From the NCBI GenBank assembly GCA_041668665.1, contig JBAYCP010000001.1, forward strand, positions 1 through 27,772: a stretch of 27,772 nt of DNA. The letters run 5' to 3'. The DNA comes from Bacilli bacterium. GTDB lineage: Bacteria > Bacillota_I > Bacilli_A > RFN20 > UBA1709. Shown here in pieces: positions 24,910 through 27,772 of the stretch. Within the stretch, counting starts at the first letter, position 1, and each line of letters begins with the position of its first letter. The position numbers and the translations under genes were made by a program. Under the pieces are notes generated by a model. The model did not search any database. It was not told the DNA's origin and saw only the letters and a program-made list of their open reading frames with translations.

Positions 24910-24938
24910 AAAGCTCATCCAGTTGGATGAGCTTTTTT
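24910..24938. terminator. Intrinsic terminator, probably bidirectional
   Basis: AAAGCTCATCC-AGTT-GGATGAGCTTT-TTT between the convergent pduL and MFS genes. Confidence 0.85.
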
Positions 24939-24944
24939 GATGGA

Positions 24945-26276
24945 TTAGTGGGGTTGCTGAGCTTCTTTGGCCTCGACTTTGATGACGACAATGAACATCA
25001 CTAAGCCGATGATAAAGAGGAGAATTAAGGAAAGAATTCCATAGCGCATATCTCCAATTTGATTGCCTGCAAGCACAGTGAATAAGCCGACTAGTGCAGG
25101 ACCCATAATGGAAGCAATCCGTCCAAAGATGGAGTAGAAACCAAAGAATTCATTGGCTTTGTCTTCAGGGACAAGTTTTCCAAAATATGAGCGGGACAAT
25201 GCTTGAATGCCGCCTTGTGATGTTGCTACTAAAATACCAAGAATCCAGAAGTGAGTGACCGTGCTGACAAAGAAACCAAAGATAGCAATGACACAGTACA
25301 CCAAGATGGTAGCAATCAATAGATGTTTTGTTTTATACTTTTTGGATAGGAACGAAAAGAGGAGCGCAAAAAAGAAAGCAAGGATTTGTATGACTATCAT
25401 AATGGGCAAGAGAGTACTTGTTGCATTAAAACTGGGATCTCCGCCACCGATGACATCATTGGCAAATGGAATGGCCATCGAAATAATAGTATGAACGCCA
25501 TCAATGTAGAAGAAGTAGGCAATTAAGAATAATACAATGACACGATATTGTTTGATATTACGAATGGTCTTCCATAAACGTTTAAAACTATTGCGGATGG
25601 GATGTTCAACTTTGTCCACCCCATATTGTTGCTGGACATTTTTTGCGAATGGGATGGAAAAGAGTAACCACCACACTGCACTTAATAAGAAACAAATGCG
25701 GAAGCCATAGTCGAGTGCCCATGAGGCGGGTAGACCAGCAAGATCGGGAAGAAACTGTAAGATGAATAAGGAAATTACCAAAGGAATGGTAGAACCTCCA
25801 ATGTATCCAAATGCATAACCCGCAGTCGATACTCGGTCCATGCGTTCGTCACTGGTTACATCAACAATAAATGAATCATAGAAAATATTAGTACCTGCAT
25901 AACCAATCATTGAGCCAGCATAAAGAATCAAGACTACCCAGATAAGGGAAGGATCCAGGGGATAAAACGAAAGTCCTATGGAGAATAGAATGCCAAAGAC
26001 AAAGAAAGCCATAAACATTTTCTTTTTCATGCCTTTGTATTCCGCATACGTTCCAAGAATCGGGGATAGTATGGCGATAAATGCGCTTAATCCTGTAGCA
26101 ATAAATCCATAGATTGATCCAGCTTCCGCTGTGTTAAATCCTGCATTTTCCATGAGAATACCGTATAAGATAGGGAAGACAAATGATCCAATAATTACGG
26201 TATGAGCGCTTTCTGCCCAGTCATAAAAGATGTAACTCCACTCACGTTTGGTGAATCCGAATAGTCTTTTTAACAT
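24945..26276 (-). CDS. MFS transporter (UMF1/Atg22-like family)
   Basis: YDWAESA, FYDS, GYAFGYIGG, QALSRS and EFFGFY motifs; 12 TM helices. Start placed at MLKRLF (26276), after GAAGGG. Confidence 0.85.
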   Translation of the reverse strand: MLKRLFGFTKREWSYIFYDWAESAHTVIIGSFVFPILYGILMENAGFNTAEAGSIYGFIATGLSAFIAILSPILGTYAEYKGMKKKMFMAFFVFGILFSIGLSFYPLDPSLIWVVLILYAGSMIGYAGTNIFYDSFIVDVTSDERMDRVSTAGYAFGYIGGSTIPLVISLFILQFLPDLAGLPASWALDYGFRICFLLSAVWWLLFSIPFAKNVQQQYGVDKVEHPIRNSFKRLWKTIRNIKQYRVIVLFLIAYFFYIDGVHTIISMAIPFANDVIGGGDPSFNATSTLLPIMIVIQILAFFFALLFSFLSKKYKTKHLLIATILVYCVIAIFGFFVSTVTHFWILGILVATSQGGIQALSRSYFGKLVPEDKANEFFGFYSIFGRIASIMGPALVGLFTVLAGNQIGDMRYGILSLILLFIIGLVMFIVVIKVEAKEAQQPH

Positions 26277-26419
26277 AGAACAACCCTTCATCGCTGCGAC
26301 GATGTCCTTTCGTGCTATCTCTATTTAAGCACAAGTGAAGTGAAAACGCACTTTTTTCTTTGTTTGTCTCGTATACTTTTGGATTCAAAAACAGTATCAT
26401 TAAGAGAGAATAAAGGATT

Positions 26420-27772
26420 GTGATGTTCGTGGAACGAAAGATTGTAGGACGTTGTGTGGATTATGCTCATGATGGCCGAGGTGTTGTTAAACATGAGGGA
26501 ATTCCCATTTTTGTGGAAAATTTACTGATGGGTGAGGAAGCTGAAATTCTCATTACAGAGAGGAAAAAAGGTTTTTCGCTTGGAAGACGCTTGAAACTGC
26601 TAACGGTTTCCTCGGAGCGTATCAAGCCCACTTGTGAGATCTATAAATTTTGTGGTGGTTGTCAGCTGCAACATATGACTTATGCCGAGCAATTGCGATT
26701 TAAACAAACGAGAGTGGAAGAAGTTTTAAAACGAATTGCAGAAATCGATGTAGAGGTTGAACCCATTATTGGTATGCAAAATCCATGGCGTTATCGTCAT
26801 AAAGTGCAAGTTCCATTCGGGACTAACCCTGAGGGGAAATTGATTGCTGGATTTTATCAAAAAGGAACGCATCAGATTATCGATATGGAAAAGAGTTATA
26901 TTGAGGACGAAGAAGCGGATCGAGTGTTGGTAACTTTGAAAAAGTTATGCAAGCAACTAAATATTGAACCTGCTGATGTGATTCAGCGCAAAGGAGTTAT
27001 CCGTTATGTCTTGATTCGTAAGTCGCGTGCAAGACAAGAGCTAATGGTGGTCCTTATCACCCGTACCGGATATCTCCCTAAAAAGCAATTACTTCTGGAA
27101 GCATTGCTGACGGCTCATCCCAATATCCGCACCATTGTGTTGAATGTAAATTCAGCAGTTACGAATGTTGTGTTGGGAGAAGAAGAACATATTCTATTTG
27201 GACCTGGATTCATTGAAGATGAACTAAATGGCCTCCGTTTTCGTATCTCAGCAAAATCCTTTTTCCAGGTCAATCCGGAGCAAACTGAAATTCTATATCA
27301 AACCGCAATGGATTATGCAAATCTCAGCAATCAAACCGTTGCCTTTGATGCTTATTGTGGAGTGGGAACCATTGGGCTTATCGCCGCCAAGCAAGCGAAA
27401 AGTGTCATTGGGGTAGAAGTAGTTCCGGCGGCAGTCAAAGATGCTCGGATCAATGCCGAACTAAACCAAATCCGCAATATTCAATTCTTTTGTGACGATG
27501 CCGCTCAGTTCATGGTCAAGATGGCTTCACGAAAAGAAAAAGTTGATGTTGTTTTTGTTGATCCACCACGCAATGGCTGTGGTGCATCGCTAATTCAATC
27601 GTTGATTACCATGAAACCCTCAAGAATTGTGTACATCTCTTGTGAACCATCGTCACTCGCAAGAGATTTAAAACTTCTCAAAGAGGTCTACAAAGTTGAA
27701 AAAGTTCAACCAGTTGATATGTTTCCACAAACATACCATGTAGAGTCTATCACGTTGCTTTCATTAAAATAG
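26420..27772 (+). CDS. rlmD: 23S rRNA (uracil-C5)-methyltransferase RlmD/RlmCD
   Basis: N-terminal TRAM domain, CxxxxxCGGC, SFFQVN, DAYCGVG, DPPR, YISC (catalytic Cys) and DMFP..YHVE. The stop codon is the last 3 nt of the window. Confidence 0.92.
   Translation: MMFVERKIVGRCVDYAHDGRGVVKHEGIPIFVENLLMGEEAEILITERKKGFSLGRRLKLLTVSSERIKPTCEIYKFCGGCQLQHMTYAEQLRFKQTRVEEVLKRIAEIDVEVEPIIGMQNPWRYRHKVQVPFGTNPEGKLIAGFYQKGTHQIIDMEKSYIEDEEADRVLVTLKKLCKQLNIEPADVIQRKGVIRYVLIRKSRARQELMVVLITRTGYLPKKQLLLEALLTAHPNIRTIVLNVNSAVTNVVLGEEEHILFGPGFIEDELNGLRFRISAKSFFQVNPEQTEILYQTAMDYANLSNQTVAFDAYCGVGTIGLIAAKQAKSVIGVEVVPAAVKDARINAELNQIRNIQFFCDDAAQFMVKMASRKEKVDVVFVDPPRNGCGASLIQSLITMKPSRIVYISCEPSSLARDLKLLKEVYKVEKVQPVDMFPQTYHVESITLLSLK

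Noticed and set aside
24246-26346. Identical 11-mer TTTTCACTTCA upstream of both pduL (24246-24256, +) and the MFS gene (26336-26346, -)
   Set aside because: It is low-complexity and AT-rich, and a near-identical word occurs inside the potD coding sequence (8001-8010). It is likely chance.
385-27416. Numerous 60-132-aa alternate-frame or antisense ORFs in the ORF track (e.g. 653..844, 2021..2404, 11849..12247, 14240..14557, 22166..22549)
   Set aside because: They lie within well-supported genes, lack convincing RBSs or motifs, and have compositions typical of shadow ORFs.
1-27772. CRISPR arrays, tRNA/rRNA, IS elements, prophage or defence islands
   Set aside because: By manual reading I saw no regularly spaced repeats, cloverleaf or rRNA signatures, transposase or integrase motifs, or obvious compositional breaks. 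A tRNAscan/Infernal/CRISPR scan would be the definitive check.

Overview
Low-GC (roughly 40% by eye), gene-dense chromosomal segment from a Bacillota/Bacilli-type bacterium. The assignment is inferred from genetic code 11, AGGAGG-type RBSs, many TGn extended -10 promoters and lipoproteins. I found no rRNA, tRNA, CRISPR array, transposase, integrase or phage gene. In order, the window holds: the 3' part of an ato operon (atoA-atoE-atoB); a stand-alone E2-like acyltransferase domain; a methyltransferase and a hypothetical gene; a lipoprotein; a Pr6Pr membrane protein; an orphan PotD; a five-gene K+ operon (degenerate RCK protein, ktrB, ktrA, short kdpD, kdpE) with a KdpE-box-like direct repeat in its promoter; a GNAT-nucleotidyltransferase fusion; a PAS-GGDEF-EAL protein; a Ca2+-type P-ATPase; DsrE-pepT-fabD; EamA-HAD-nitroreductase; an unannotated 25-aa membrane peptide gene with its own promoter, RBS and terminator; a tail-anchored hypothetical; stand-alone pduL; a UMF1-type MFS transporter; and rlmD. 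Most of this is housekeeping or metabolic. The best leads are the KdpDE-controlled Ktr system, the 25-aa peptide, the GNAT-NTase fusion and the E2-like protein lacking its catalytic His. All family calls come from motif recognition by eye, not database searches.
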